Shown here one piece after another: positions 8,720-16,876 of a stretch of 20,270 bases of DNA (positions are counted from its first letter, which is position 1; every line of letters begins with the position of its first letter). The notes below the pieces were generated by a model. The model did no database searches. It was not told where the DNA came from and saw nothing but the letters and a program-made list of their open reading frames with translations. The stretch is from positions 1 through 20,270 of the forward strand of contig JBDHDE010000050.1 in assembly GCA_039591655.1 (NCBI GenBank), read 5' to 3'. The position numbers and the translations under genes were made by a program. This DNA comes from Gemmatimonadota bacterium (GTDB taxonomy: Bacteria; Gemmatimonadota; Gemmatimonadetes; Gemmatimonadales; GWC2-71-9).

Positions 8720-10285
8720 TCAGGGAAGCACCAGCGAGATCCCGTACGCGAGCGCCCCCACCAGCGCCCCCAGGACGTAGCCCAACCGCACGATCAGATC
8801 CAGCTCCCGCTGCGTGGTGTTGCGCACGATCTGCTCGATGCGCTCCAGGGAGAACCGCAGGACCTTTTGCTCGACCATCGTCTGGATGTCCACGTGCGCC
8901 ACGACCTCAGGGACCTGCTCCTGAATCCACGCCCATAGCACGGGGGAGAGCTGAGCCGTGATGCGATCGACGGCGCCCTCGGGGAGCCAGCCAGCGGGCC
9001 GGCCGATGGGCCGGTCCAGCAGTTTGCGCAGTGCAGTGGCCGTGCCCTCCGCCAGCCATTCCCGCAGGCGCGGGGTGCGCGCAGCGTCGGCCAGCCAAGC
9101 TGCGGCCCGCTCGGGCGGGAGATGTTGCAGCAGATCCCCCCATGTGCGGCGCTCAGCTGCCTGGAGCGCGCGCTCGAGCTGCTCGATGGCGTGGGCGCGG
9201 GTGGTGGGGTCCCGCAGGGCGGCGGTGATGTTCCGCGTGGCTGTGTCCGCGATGCCCGCCGTCCGTTCCGGGCCCAGCCGCTCGAAGTGGTCGCTCAGGG
9301 GGCGCCGCAGGAAGTTCACAACGGCGTCGTTGATGCTGCGGGCCACCTGGGTCCGCATCTCGGGCTCGTCGAGCAGGGACGCGAGCTGGTCCACGCCCTC
9401 CCGCTCGAAGTTGTCCAGCAGACGGGCTATGGTCTTCTCAGTGACCACCAGCCGGGCAACGATACGCTCGTGGAGCAGCAGCTCCCGGATGAAACGCTGG
9501 AACAGATCGTGAAGGGCCTGCTGGATGCGCGCCCTGGCGTCGGGGTCGGAGAGGATCGCGGCGAGGCGATCCAGCGCCACGGGGAGGTAGCCGGTCATCT
9601 CCCGCTCCACCGCGGCCACCAGGTCGGGCGGCAGGCGGTCCAGGAGCGGGGTGTCATCGGTGGAGAGCCGCTCGACCTGACGGTCCAGCCATCCGCGGAT
9701 GGTGCGGTCCAACTCCTCGCTGGTGACCGCATCCGAGACCCACTTCTCCACCCGCTCCCGGATGACCTCCTGCCGGGCGGCCGTGAGCACATCGCCGATG
9801 GCCCGGTCGGCGAACTCCTCGTGCGTCCTGGTCAGGAAGCGCTCCACGGCCTCCTGGAACTGATCGGTGGTTACGAACTCGTCGATCCGCTCCGCCACGA
9901 TGGCGGCGACGGCATCCAGCGCCTCCTCCAGTTCGCCCACGAGGCCGGAGGGGAACTCGGAGCGCAGGCTGCCGCGTTCCGTTTCCAGCAGCAAACCGAC
10001 GAAGTGCTGCACGGCCCGATCGAAGGCCTCTCGTACCCCTGGGGTGCTGAGTTGACTGCTGAGGTCCTCGGACGTAAGTAGTCGCTGGCCCACCGTCCGG
10101 CCGATGGTCTTGGCGAGCCGGGCCTTGTTCTTGGGGATGGCACCATGGAGCTTGAGGCGCCAGGGGCCGCGGGGCTCGTAGGGGTGGAACAACATCGAGA
10201 TGGCCACGGCGTTCGTCAGCCCCCCGGCGAGGGCGCCGAAGAACACCGTCAGAGCCGCCCGCAGCAGCGAGATCTCAGCAATCAC
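8720..10285 (-). CDS. DUF445 (YheB-like) membrane-anchored helical protein
   Basis: N-terminal GALAGGLTNAVAISMLFHP and GAIPKNKARLAKTIG, long amphipathic helical middle, C-terminal ELDLIVRLGYVLGALVG TM helix. Confidence 0.85.
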   Translation of the reverse strand: MIAEISLLRAALTVFFGALAGGLTNAVAISMLFHPYEPRGPWRLKLHGAIPKNKARLAKTIGRTVGQRLLTSEDLSSQLSTPGVREAFDRAVQHFVGLLLETERGSLRSEFPSGLVGELEEALDAVAAIVAERIDEFVTTDQFQEAVERFLTRTHEEFADRAIGDVLTAARQEVIRERVEKWVSDAVTSEELDRTIRGWLDRQVERLSTDDTPLLDRLPPDLVAAVEREMTGYLPVALDRLAAILSDPDARARIQQALHDLFQRFIRELLLHERIVARLVVTEKTIARLLDNFEREGVDQLASLLDEPEMRTQVARSINDAVVNFLRRPLSDHFERLGPERTAGIADTATRNITAALRDPTTRAHAIEQLERALQAAERRTWGDLLQHLPPERAAAWLADAARTPRLREWLAEGTATALRKLLDRPIGRPAGWLPEGAVDRITAQLSPVLWAWIQEQVPEVVAHVDIQTMVEQKVLRFSLERIEQIVRNTTQRELDLIVRLGYVLGALVGALAYGISLVLP

Positions 10286-10308
10286 GGATTGGAAACCGAA
10301 AGGTAGCC

Positions 10309-11592
10309 TTGAAGCTGTACACTAAGATCTCCATCGGACTCCTCGCCGGAGCGGTGGTCGGCGTGGGCGTCAACGTGATTGCCGCGCGGACCGGTTGGAC
10401 CCAGGGGGTCGACCTCGTGCGCGTGCTGGAGCCGCTGGGCGTGGCGTTCATCCGAGCCATCACAATGATCGTCATCCCTCTGGTCGTGGCGAGCCTCATC
10501 GTAGGCGTGGCCAGCCTCGGCGACCTGCGGGCCCTGGGGCGGATTGGGGGCAAGACCCTCGCCTACTACCTCTGTACCACGGCCGTCGCCGTGACTTTGG
10601 GGCTCGTTCTATCCAACATCGTCCGGCCCGGCGCTGGCATCGCCGAGGAATCCAAGGCCGCGCTGCTCGCGGAGTTCGGTGGCGAGGCGGCGGGCCAGAT
10701 CGAGCTGGCCCAGGAAGCACCCGGGATCGCCGATATGCTGCTGCGCATGATCCCGCGCAACCCCGTGGGGGCGGCCGCCGAGGGGGACATGCTCCCGCTC
10801 ATCGTCTTCACGATACTGATCGGGGCCGCCGCGTCGATGCTCGACGCCGAGCGAAAAAAGGCGTTCGTCGGCTTCTTCGACGCGGTCAGCCAGATCTCCA
10901 TGACCATCATTCACTGGATCATGAAGCTGGCGCCGTACGCGGTGTTCGCGCTGATCGCCGCGGTGACCGCCCGGTTCGGGTTCGACATCCTCCGGAGCCT
11001 GATGGTCTACGCCCTGACGGTAGCGGTCGGGCTCCTGCTCCATGCCTTCGGTACGTATGCCCTGGTCATCCGGTTTCTCGCTCGCCTCAAACCGCGCTAC
11101 TTCTTCAAGCGGGTCCGGGAGGCGCAGATCGTCGCCTTCTCCACCTCGAGTTCGAACGCTACGCTGCCGGTCACGATGGCGGTAGCCGAGGAGGAGATCG
11201 GCGTGTCCAACCGCGTGGCGAGCTTCGTGCTGCCCTTGGGTGCCACCATCAATATGGACGGCACGGCGCTGTACCAGGGGGTGGCGGTCATGTTCATCGC
11301 CCAGGTCTTCGGCATCGACCTCCACTGGACCGCCCAGCTCACCGTGGTGCTCACGGCGACCCTGGCGTCGATCGGTGCGGCGGGGGTCCCCAGCGCAGGC
11401 ATCATCACCCTGGCCCTCGTACTGCAGCAGGCCAACGTGCCGGAGACCGGGATCGCCCTGATCCTGGGGGTGGACCGGATCCTGGACATGCTCCGCACCG
11501 GGGTGAACATCACCGGCGATCTGGCCGGCGCCACCTTCATCGCCCGCAGCGAGGGAGAGCTCACCAGGACGGAGACTACGTCTCTGGAGTGA
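10309..11592 (+). CDS. Dicarboxylate/amino acid:cation symporter (DAACS, GltP/GltPh family), probably Na+-coupled Asp/Glu transporter
   Basis: FSTSSSNATLP (HP1), GATINMDGTALY (TM7), ASIGAAGVP (HP2), DRILDMLRTGVNITGD (TM8, retaining the Arg that binds acidic substrates and the terminal Asp of the Na1 site in GltPh); TTG start after AAGGT. Confidence 0.93.
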   Translation: MKLYTKISIGLLAGAVVGVGVNVIAARTGWTQGVDLVRVLEPLGVAFIRAITMIVIPLVVASLIVGVASLGDLRALGRIGGKTLAYYLCTTAVAVTLGLVLSNIVRPGAGIAEESKAALLAEFGGEAAGQIELAQEAPGIADMLLRMIPRNPVGAAAEGDMLPLIVFTILIGAAASMLDAERKKAFVGFFDAVSQISMTIIHWIMKLAPYAVFALIAAVTARFGFDILRSLMVYALTVAVGLLLHAFGTYALVIRFLARLKPRYFFKRVREAQIVAFSTSSSNATLPVTMAVAEEEIGVSNRVASFVLPLGATINMDGTALYQGVAVMFIAQVFGIDLHWTAQLTVVLTATLASIGAAGVPSAGIITLALVLQQANVPETGIALILGVDRILDMLRTGVNITGDLAGATFIARSEGELTRTETTSLE

Positions 11593-11682
11593 TCCGAGGA
11601 GCGGTCGGCGGCGCCCGCCACTGCCGATTCCCCTAGCGCCGCCACGCACGCCCCGCCCGTGGCGTAAGTGTAAGTCCCCGGG

Positions 11683-11688
11683 TATATT
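11683..11688 (+). promoter_or_regulatory. Putative -10 element for ffh
   Basis: TATATT in a GC-rich context, ending 10 nt before the ffh ATG; no convincing -35. Confidence 0.4.
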
Positions 11689-11698
11689 GGATGGCTCC

Positions 11699-13036
11699 AT
11701 GTTTGGTGCGCTTTCAGACAATCTGACCGCGGCCCTGAAGAACCTGACGGGCCGCGGCGTGCTCACGGAGCAGGACGTCAAGGACGGGCTCCGGGAGATC
11801 CGTCGCGTGCTGCTCGAGGCGGACGTGAGCTACGACCTGACGCGCACGTTCATGGAGCGCGTGCAGGAACAGGCGGTGGGGCTGCACGCCATCAAGGCGG
11901 TGAGCCCCGGCCAGCAGCTCGTCAAGATCGTGCACGACGAGCTCGTGGTGTTGCTCGGTGCGCAGCGGGCGCCCCTGGCGTTCGCGTCGGTGCCTCCCAC
12001 GGTGGTGCTGCTCGTGGGGCTGCAGGGGTCGGGCAAGACCACCACGGGAGCCAAGCTCGCTGCGCGGCTCAAGCGGGAGCAGAAGGCACCGTTTCTCGTG
12101 GCGGCCGACCCGTATCGTCCGGCGGCCGAGGAGCAGCTGAAGCAGCTGGGCGAGCGGGTAGGTGTCGGCGTGTTCGGTCCGGGTGACGCTCCCGAGGGGA
12201 AGGCCAACGTGCCGGCGCTGGTGCGGGAGGGAGTGGCCGCCGCGGGGCGCGCGCGGGCGCGCACCGTGCTGGTGGACACGGCGGGCCGGCTGCAGATCGA
12301 CGACGAGATGATGGCCGAGCTCGAGCGCCTCAAGGCCGCCGTGGAGCCGCACGAGATCCTGCTGGTCGCCGATGCGATGACCGGGCAGGATGCGGTGCGC
12401 ATCGCCAAGGGCTTCCACGACGCCCTGGGGATCACCGGAGTGATCCTCACTAAGCTGGACGGCGACGCCCGGGGTGGGGCAGCGCTGTCCATCAATGGGG
12501 TGACCGGGGCGCCCATCAAGTTCGTCGGCGTCGGCGAGGCCATCGACGCGCTGGAGGTGTTCGACCCGACCCGCATGGCGGGGCGCATCCTCCAGCGGGG
12601 CGACGTGCTCGGCCTGGTGGAGAAGGCCCAGCAGGCCGTGAAGGCGGACGACGCCGAGCGACTGGCGAAGAAGGCGGTGTCGAAGAAGGGCATGGACCTG
12701 GAGGACTTCCTCCTGGCCATGAAGCAGATCCAGCAGATGGGGCCGCTGGAGGGAATACTGGGGTTGCTTCCGGGGATGAACGCCAAAGTGCTGAAGCAGG
12801 CCAAGGCGGACCCCAGGCGCATCCGGCACGTCGAGGCGATCATCCTGTCGATGACGCCGGAGGAGCGCAGGCAGCCCGGCGTGCTGAACGGCTCGCGTCG
12901 GGCGCGGATCGCGAAGGGCGCCGGACGGCCGGTGCAGGAAGTGAACGCGCTGCTGAAGCAGTTCGAGCAGATGAAGAAGATGATGAAAGGCTTGGGCCGG
13001 TTCGGCCCGCAGATGTTGATGCAGCTACCAAGGTAG
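11699..13036 (+). CDS. ffh: Signal recognition particle protein Ffh
   Basis: MFGALSDNL, LLEADV, GLQGSGKTTT, DTAGR, TKLDGDARGGAALS, M-domain IILSMTPEER and SRRARIAKGAG. Start trimmed to ATG 11699. Confidence 0.97.
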   Translation: MFGALSDNLTAALKNLTGRGVLTEQDVKDGLREIRRVLLEADVSYDLTRTFMERVQEQAVGLHAIKAVSPGQQLVKIVHDELVVLLGAQRAPLAFASVPPTVVLLVGLQGSGKTTTGAKLAARLKREQKAPFLVAADPYRPAAEEQLKQLGERVGVGVFGPGDAPEGKANVPALVREGVAAAGRARARTVLVDTAGRLQIDDEMMAELERLKAAVEPHEILLVADAMTGQDAVRIAKGFHDALGITGVILTKLDGDARGGAALSINGVTGAPIKFVGVGEAIDALEVFDPTRMAGRILQRGDVLGLVEKAQQAVKADDAERLAKKAVSKKGMDLEDFLLAMKQIQQMGPLEGILGLLPGMNAKVLKQAKADPRRIRHVEAIILSMTPEERRQPGVLNGSRRARIAKGAGRPVQEVNALLKQFEQMKKMMKGLGRFGPQMLMQLPR

Positions 13037-13040
13037 GGAC

Positions 13041-13298
13041 ATGGCGACACGAATCCGCTTGCGTAGGGTCGGCCGGAAGAAGCAGCCCGAGTACCGCATC
13101 GTGGTGGCGGAGTCCACCAAGGCCCGCAATGGGCGTGTGGTGGAGACGCTGGGGCACTACAATCCCCGGACTGAGCCCGCGACGATCAAAGTGGACGCGG
13201 AGAAGGCCCGCGCCTGGCTGGCAAAGGGGGCGACGCCGTCGGACACGGTCCGCTCGCTGCTGAAGCAGGCCGGCGTGTTCCAGGCGTCCGCGGACTGA
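13041..13298 (+). CDS. rpsP: 30S ribosomal protein S16
   Basis: RIRLRRVGRKKQPEYRIVVAES...GRVVETLGHYNP...WLAKGATPSDTV; canonical position. Confidence 0.97.
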   Translation: MATRIRLRRVGRKKQPEYRIVVAESTKARNGRVVETLGHYNPRTEPATIKVDAEKARAWLAKGATPSDTVRSLLKQAGVFQASAD

Positions 13299-13305
13299 CC
13301 GAGCC

Positions 13306-13833
13306 GTGCAGGGCGGCGCCCACCTGGCGGTGGCGCGCGTCCGCAAGCCCCATGGGCTGAAAGGCGAGGTGGTGGTCTGGACGCTCACGGACGCGCCCGA
13401 GGAGGTGCTTGCGGTCGGGCGGCAGCTAGTACCGGTGGACGAGTCGGGCAACGTGCTCGGGCCGCCGGTAGCGATCGAGCGAAGCCGGCCGTATCACCGC
13501 CACTGGCTGCTCAAGTTCGAGGGCGTCGAGGACCGTGATCACCTCGAGCGCTGGAAGAACCAGCTCTTCGGGATGCCACAGGAGGAACTGCAGCCTCCCT
13601 CTGAGAACGAGCTCTACGTGCACGAGGTACCGGGGGCGCGAGTGGTGGTTCAGGGCAAGGTGGTGGGAGAGGCGGTCGGGTTGATCGACGCGCCGGGCGG
13701 CAACCGGCTACTGGTGGTCGAGGTGGAGGGGCGGGAGTTGCTGGTGCCGTTCCGCCGGCCAATCGTGAGTCGGGTGGATCGCGCGGCGCGCGAGATCGAG
13801 CTGGAGCCGCCCGAGGGACTGCTGGAGTTGTAG
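13306..13833 (+). CDS. rimM: Ribosome maturation factor RimM
   Basis: KPHGLKGEV, LLKFEGVEDR, ELYVHEVPG, ELLVPF, PEGLLEL; lies between rpsP and trmD. Confidence 0.93.
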   Translation: MQGGAHLAVARVRKPHGLKGEVVVWTLTDAPEEVLAVGRQLVPVDESGNVLGPPVAIERSRPYHRHWLLKFEGVEDRDHLERWKNQLFGMPQEELQPPSENELYVHEVPGARVVVQGKVVGEAVGLIDAPGGNRLLVVEVEGRELLVPFRRPIVSRVDRAAREIELEPPEGLLEL

Positions 13834-13835
13834 CG

Positions 13836-14543
13836 ATGCTCCGGGTGAACGTGGTGACGCTGTTCCCGGAGGTCTTCGAGGCGCCGCTCGTGACGAGTAT
13901 CCTGGGTCGGGCGGTTGGGAAGGGGTTGGTCGAGCACCGGGTGGTCAACCTACGGGATTACACCCATGACCGGCACCAGACCGTTGACGATTACGCGTAC
14001 GGTGGCGGGGCTGGGATGGTGCTCAAGCCGGAGCCCTTCTACGAAGCGCTGGACGACCTGGCGCCGGCAGCGGCGGTGGTCTTGCTCTCGGCCCGTGGGA
14101 AGCCGTTTACCCACGAGGACGCCGTGCGGTACGGCCTTGGGGAAGAGCTGACGCTGCTGTGTGGGCATTACAAGGACGTGGACGCGCGCGTCGCTCAGAG
14201 AGAAGGGGTCGAGGAGGTCTCGGTGGGGGACGCGGTGCTGTCGGGTGGAGAGTTCGCCGCGCTGTGCGTGATCGACGCCGTCGTGCGGCTGCTCCCGGGC
14301 GCGCTGGGCGATCACGAGTCGGCAGCGGCGGACTCGTTCTATGAAGGGCTCCTCAGCCCGCCCAGTTATACGCGCCCTCCTGAGTACCGGGGGATGGCCG
14401 TACCCGACGTGCTGATCAGCGGTGATCACGGAAGGGTCGCCGCGTGGCGGCGAGAGCAGGCCGAACGACTGACGAAAGAGCGGCGCCCCGATCTCTGGGC
14501 TCGCTATCAGGCGGAACACGGTCCCGAGGGGATCGAGACGTAA
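13836..14543 (+). CDS. trmD: tRNA (guanosine-37-N1)-methyltransferase
   Basis: VTLFPE, VDDYAYGGGAGMVLKPEP, VLSGGE, RLLPGALG, YTRP, VPDVLISGDH. Confidence 0.96.
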   Translation: MLRVNVVTLFPEVFEAPLVTSILGRAVGKGLVEHRVVNLRDYTHDRHQTVDDYAYGGGAGMVLKPEPFYEALDDLAPAAAVVLLSARGKPFTHEDAVRYGLGEELTLLCGHYKDVDARVAQREGVEEVSVGDAVLSGGEFAALCVIDAVVRLLPGALGDHESAAADSFYEGLLSPPSYTRPPEYRGMAVPDVLISGDHGRVAAWRREQAERLTKERRPDLWARYQAEHGPEGIET

Positions 14544-14555
14544 GAGGTGGAAGCG

Positions 14556-14903
14556 ATGAAACGGCTAGAGGAGATCCAACGCGAGGGCCGGCGCGACGAT
14601 CTGCCCGAGTTCCGTCCAGGGGACACGGTGCGGATCGCGGTTCGTGTGCGCGAGGGAGACAAGGAGCGCCTGCAGGCCTTCGAGGGTGTGTGCATAGCGC
14701 GGCGCGGTGCCGGGATCAGTGAGACATTCACTGTCCGCAAGGTGTCGGGCGGTGTCGGCGTCGAGCGGGTGTTCCCGTTGCACTCCCCCACGGTTGCCCG
14801 CATCGAGGTCGTGCGCGCGGGCCGGGTGCGGCGCGCGAAGCTCTACTACTTGCGGAAGCTCTCCGGTAAGGCCGCCCGCATCCGGGAGCGGCAAGAGTCC
14901 TGA
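14556..14903 (+). CDS. rplS: 50S ribosomal protein L19
   Basis: [54 protein letters not shown] 14556 follows a GAGGTG SD. Confidence 0.97.
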   Translation: MKRLEEIQREGRRDDLPEFRPGDTVRIAVRVREGDKERLQAFEGVCIARRGAGISETFTVRKVSGGVGVERVFPLHSPTVARIEVVRAGRVRRAKLYYLRKLSGKAARIRERQES

Positions 14904-15533
14904 GTGCCGGACCCGACGCTTGAGCGCGAGGTCGCGCTCTGGGCGAAGGGATTCCGGCTCGTTGCCGGTTTGGACGAGGTGGGACGCGGTCCCCTCGCCG
15001 GGCCGGTGATGGCGGCAGCGGTGGTGTTCGCGCCGGGTCAGACGTCCATCGAGGGGCTGCGCGACTCCAAGGTCATGACTGCCGCTGAGAGAGAGCGGGT
15101 GGCCGCCGAGGTCCGGGGCGCCGCTCTCCACTGGGCGCTGGGTGCCGCTTCGGTCCGCGAGATCGATCGCATCAACATCCGACGGGCGAGCGCGCTGGCT
15201 ATGCGCCGAGCGCTCGACCGCCTCCCCGTCACTCCCGATCACATCCTCGTCGACGGCACGCCGCTCCCGGAGCTGGGCACGGCGCACGAGCCGGTGATCG
15301 ACGGAGACGGTCTGTGCCAGTCCATCTCGGCCGCTGCCGTCCTGGCGAAGTGTGTGCGTGACCACCTCATGGGGCTGCTCGCGCCACGGTATCCCTCGTT
15401 TCACTGGGAGGCGAACAAGGGCTACGCGACAGCCGAGCACCTGGCTGCGCTGCGGGATCGAGACCCCACCCCGCACCACCGGGTCACGTTCTCCCCCATG
15501 GCGCAGACAGAGCTCTTCCCTCCGGCACACTAG
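14904..15533 (+). CDS. rnhB: Ribonuclease HII
   Basis: GLDEVGRGPLAGPV, LRDSK, ILVDG, ISAAAVLAKCVRD, NKGYAT, HRVTF; GTG immediately follows the rplS stop. Confidence 0.96.
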   Translation: MPDPTLEREVALWAKGFRLVAGLDEVGRGPLAGPVMAAAVVFAPGQTSIEGLRDSKVMTAAERERVAAEVRGAALHWALGAASVREIDRINIRRASALAMRRALDRLPVTPDHILVDGTPLPELGTAHEPVIDGDGLCQSISAAAVLAKCVRDHLMGLLAPRYPSFHWEANKGYATAEHLAALRDRDPTPHHRVTFSPMAQTELFPPAH

Positions 15534-15774
15534 ACGCGCGAGCAGGTCAGGTCTTGGTGCGGACCTCGTCCGCCCGCCAAGGCGCCGGGCCCCGTGGAGT
15601 CACTACACGCCGCGACGAGCACGGCGGGAGGTTTCAGCCCACGTGACCGGCGTCACGCTTTGCGGGGCTGACTCGAAACGATGCGCCCTGATACGAAACG
15701 AGGCGACGGGTGCAGGGAGTCGCCCCGGGTATGCTCGGGCGAATGTGTCGGTGGCAAATCTCCGAGAGCCTGTT

Positions 15775-15800
15775 GGGGGCCGGCGAGCGCGCCGGCCCCC
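15775..15800. terminator. Strong GC hairpin between convergent genes (possible terminator or 3' stabiliser)
   Basis: GGGGGCCGGCG-agcg-CGCCGGCCCCC, a perfect 11-bp stem between rnhB (+) and the SWIB gene (-); no clear U-tract. Confidence 0.45.
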
Positions 15801-15880
15801 GATGGCGGGGCTGGGATTCAATCAGTACTGCGGTACTGCCTCATCCATTCCTGCGAGCACGAAAGCGTAACCAGGCTCTC

Positions 15881-16432
15881 CTACTTCACGTGCTTGTTGA
15901 CCAGCTTCGTCATCTCGAACATGCTCACCTGGGACTTGCCGTTGAAGACCGGCTTCAGGTTCGCGTCGGCATTGATCATCCGCCGGTTCTTCTTGTCCTG
16001 AAGCTTGCGCCTCTTGATGTAGGTCCAGAGCTTCTTGGTGAGCTGCGTGCGCGGCAGAGGCTTGGCGCCGACGACGAGCGCGAGCTTGGCGTCCGGCTGC
16101 ACCGGCCTCATGAAAGCCTTGTTCGGCTTCCGCTTCTTCCGCTTCTTCTTCTTCTTGGCAACCTTCTTCTTGCGCCTCTTCACGACGCGCTTGGCCTTCT
16201 TTCGCCGCTTGGCGACCTTCTTCCTCTTGGTCGCGCGCTTCTTCTTGGTCGCGCGCTTCTTCTTCTTGGTCGCGCGCTTCTTCTTCTTGGTCGCGCGCTT
16301 CTTCTTCTTGGTCGCGCGCTTCCTTCTCACCGGCCGCCTCTTCTTCTTGGTCGCGCGCTTCTTCCTCTTGGTTGCGCGCTTCTTGGCCTTCTTGCGGACG
16401 GCCTTCTTTTTCTTCTTCCTCTTCTTGGCCAT
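15881..16432 (-). CDS. SWIB/MDM2-domain protein with a long Lys/Arg-rich histone-H1/protamine-like N-terminal tail
   Basis: C-terminal 81 aa: PNKAFMRPVQPDAKLALVVG..PRTQLTKKLWTYIK..LQDKKNRRMINADANLKPVF..VSMFEMTKLVNKH (bacterial SWIB signature). The first 102 aa contain 52 K + 22 R and no acidic residue (hand count). GAGGGG SD. Confidence 0.9.
   Translation of the reverse strand: MAKKRKKKKKAVRKKAKKRATKRKKRATKKKRRPVRRKRATKKKKRATKKKKRATKKKKRATKKKRATKRKKVAKRRKKAKRVVKRRKKKVAKKKKKRKKRKPNKAFMRPVQPDAKLALVVGAKPLPRTQLTKKLWTYIKRRKLQDKKNRRMINADANLKPVFNGKSQVSMFEMTKLVNKHVK
16221..16386 (-). repeat. Intragenic tandem repeat encoding KRATK(K)n, 7 copies
   Basis: On + strand the unit CTTGGTCGCGCGCTT recurs, mostly at 21-nt (once 18-nt) spacing, with one interruption and one single-base variant. 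Confidence 0.9.
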
Positions 16433-16487
16433 TTCGCCCCTCGGAGAAGGTTGTGAACGGATGACAACCAGCCCCTACACGCCCCCC

Positions 16488-16515
16488 AAAGTAAGGGTTT
16501 CTGTCTGAGAGACAA
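16488..16515 (-). promoter_or_regulatory. Putative sigma70 promoter of the SWIB gene
   Basis: Minus strand TTGTCT (16515-16510), 16 nt, TACTTT (16493-16488), 55 nt upstream of the ATG. Confidence 0.5.
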
Positions 16516-16760
16516 GAGCTTTTCCCCTGTGGGATTGGGGGTGGGCCACTGAGGGAGGTTGCCGGATGGGCCAGGATTCCGCTCTGACGGCGGAGGTAGG
16601 AGTCGAGTTTTCCCTCTGGGAAAGGCGGTTGCACCTGCGCAGGAGAGTGGTTTTCCCCTCTGAAAAGCGCCCTTCGCCCCTCTGAAAGAGACGGGGTTTT
16701 ACCTGTGGGAGATGGGCGTCTCCGCTCTGAGAGTTGGTGCTTTCCACCCTGTGGGAACGA
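16497..16760. repeat. Degenerate, helically phased array of a YYYYCC-CTSWG-RRA motif (about 11 copies)
   Basis: TTTTCCCCTGTGGGA 16520, TCCGCTCTGA 16578, TTTTCCCTCTGGGA 16608, TTTTCCCCTCTGAAA 16651, TTCGCCCCTCTGAAA 16673, TTTTACCTGTGGGA 16697, TCCGCTCTGAGAG 16721, TTTCCACCCTGTGGGA 16741, plus weaker copies. Confidence 0.65.
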
Positions 16761-16876
16761 GGTTCTCCTCCGGTGGCGGATCTGGGGGGGATGGCCCCCT
16801 GGGGAGGGGAAATGGGCCCTCGGGACGTTTTCCCCCAGGGGGGGACGAAGCCGTGGTGGTGCGTTCCTCGGGGGAT

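Noticed and set aside
11607..11664. Overlapping alternative hairpins before ffh as a regulatory switch
   Set aside because: Stems are 7-8 bp, almost all GC, with large loops and lie upstream of the putative -10; expected by chance at this GC content.
4752..13050. Long antisense or alternate-frame ORFs (e.g. 4996..6972 -, 10395..11636 +, 11830..13050 -)
   Set aside because: Shadow ORFs expected from high-GC codon bias; each overlaps a well-supported gene and shows no family motif.
15543..15583. SRP RNA (ffs), suggested by CAGGTCAGGTC...GCCAAGGC near ffh
   Set aside because: Lacks the GNRA tetraloop and AGCAG of helix 8; the intervening sequence forms a different hairpin.
15668..15701. Hammerhead ribozyme (CTGA...CGAAAC)
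   Set aside because: No CUGAnGA core and no stem II between CUGA and GAAA.
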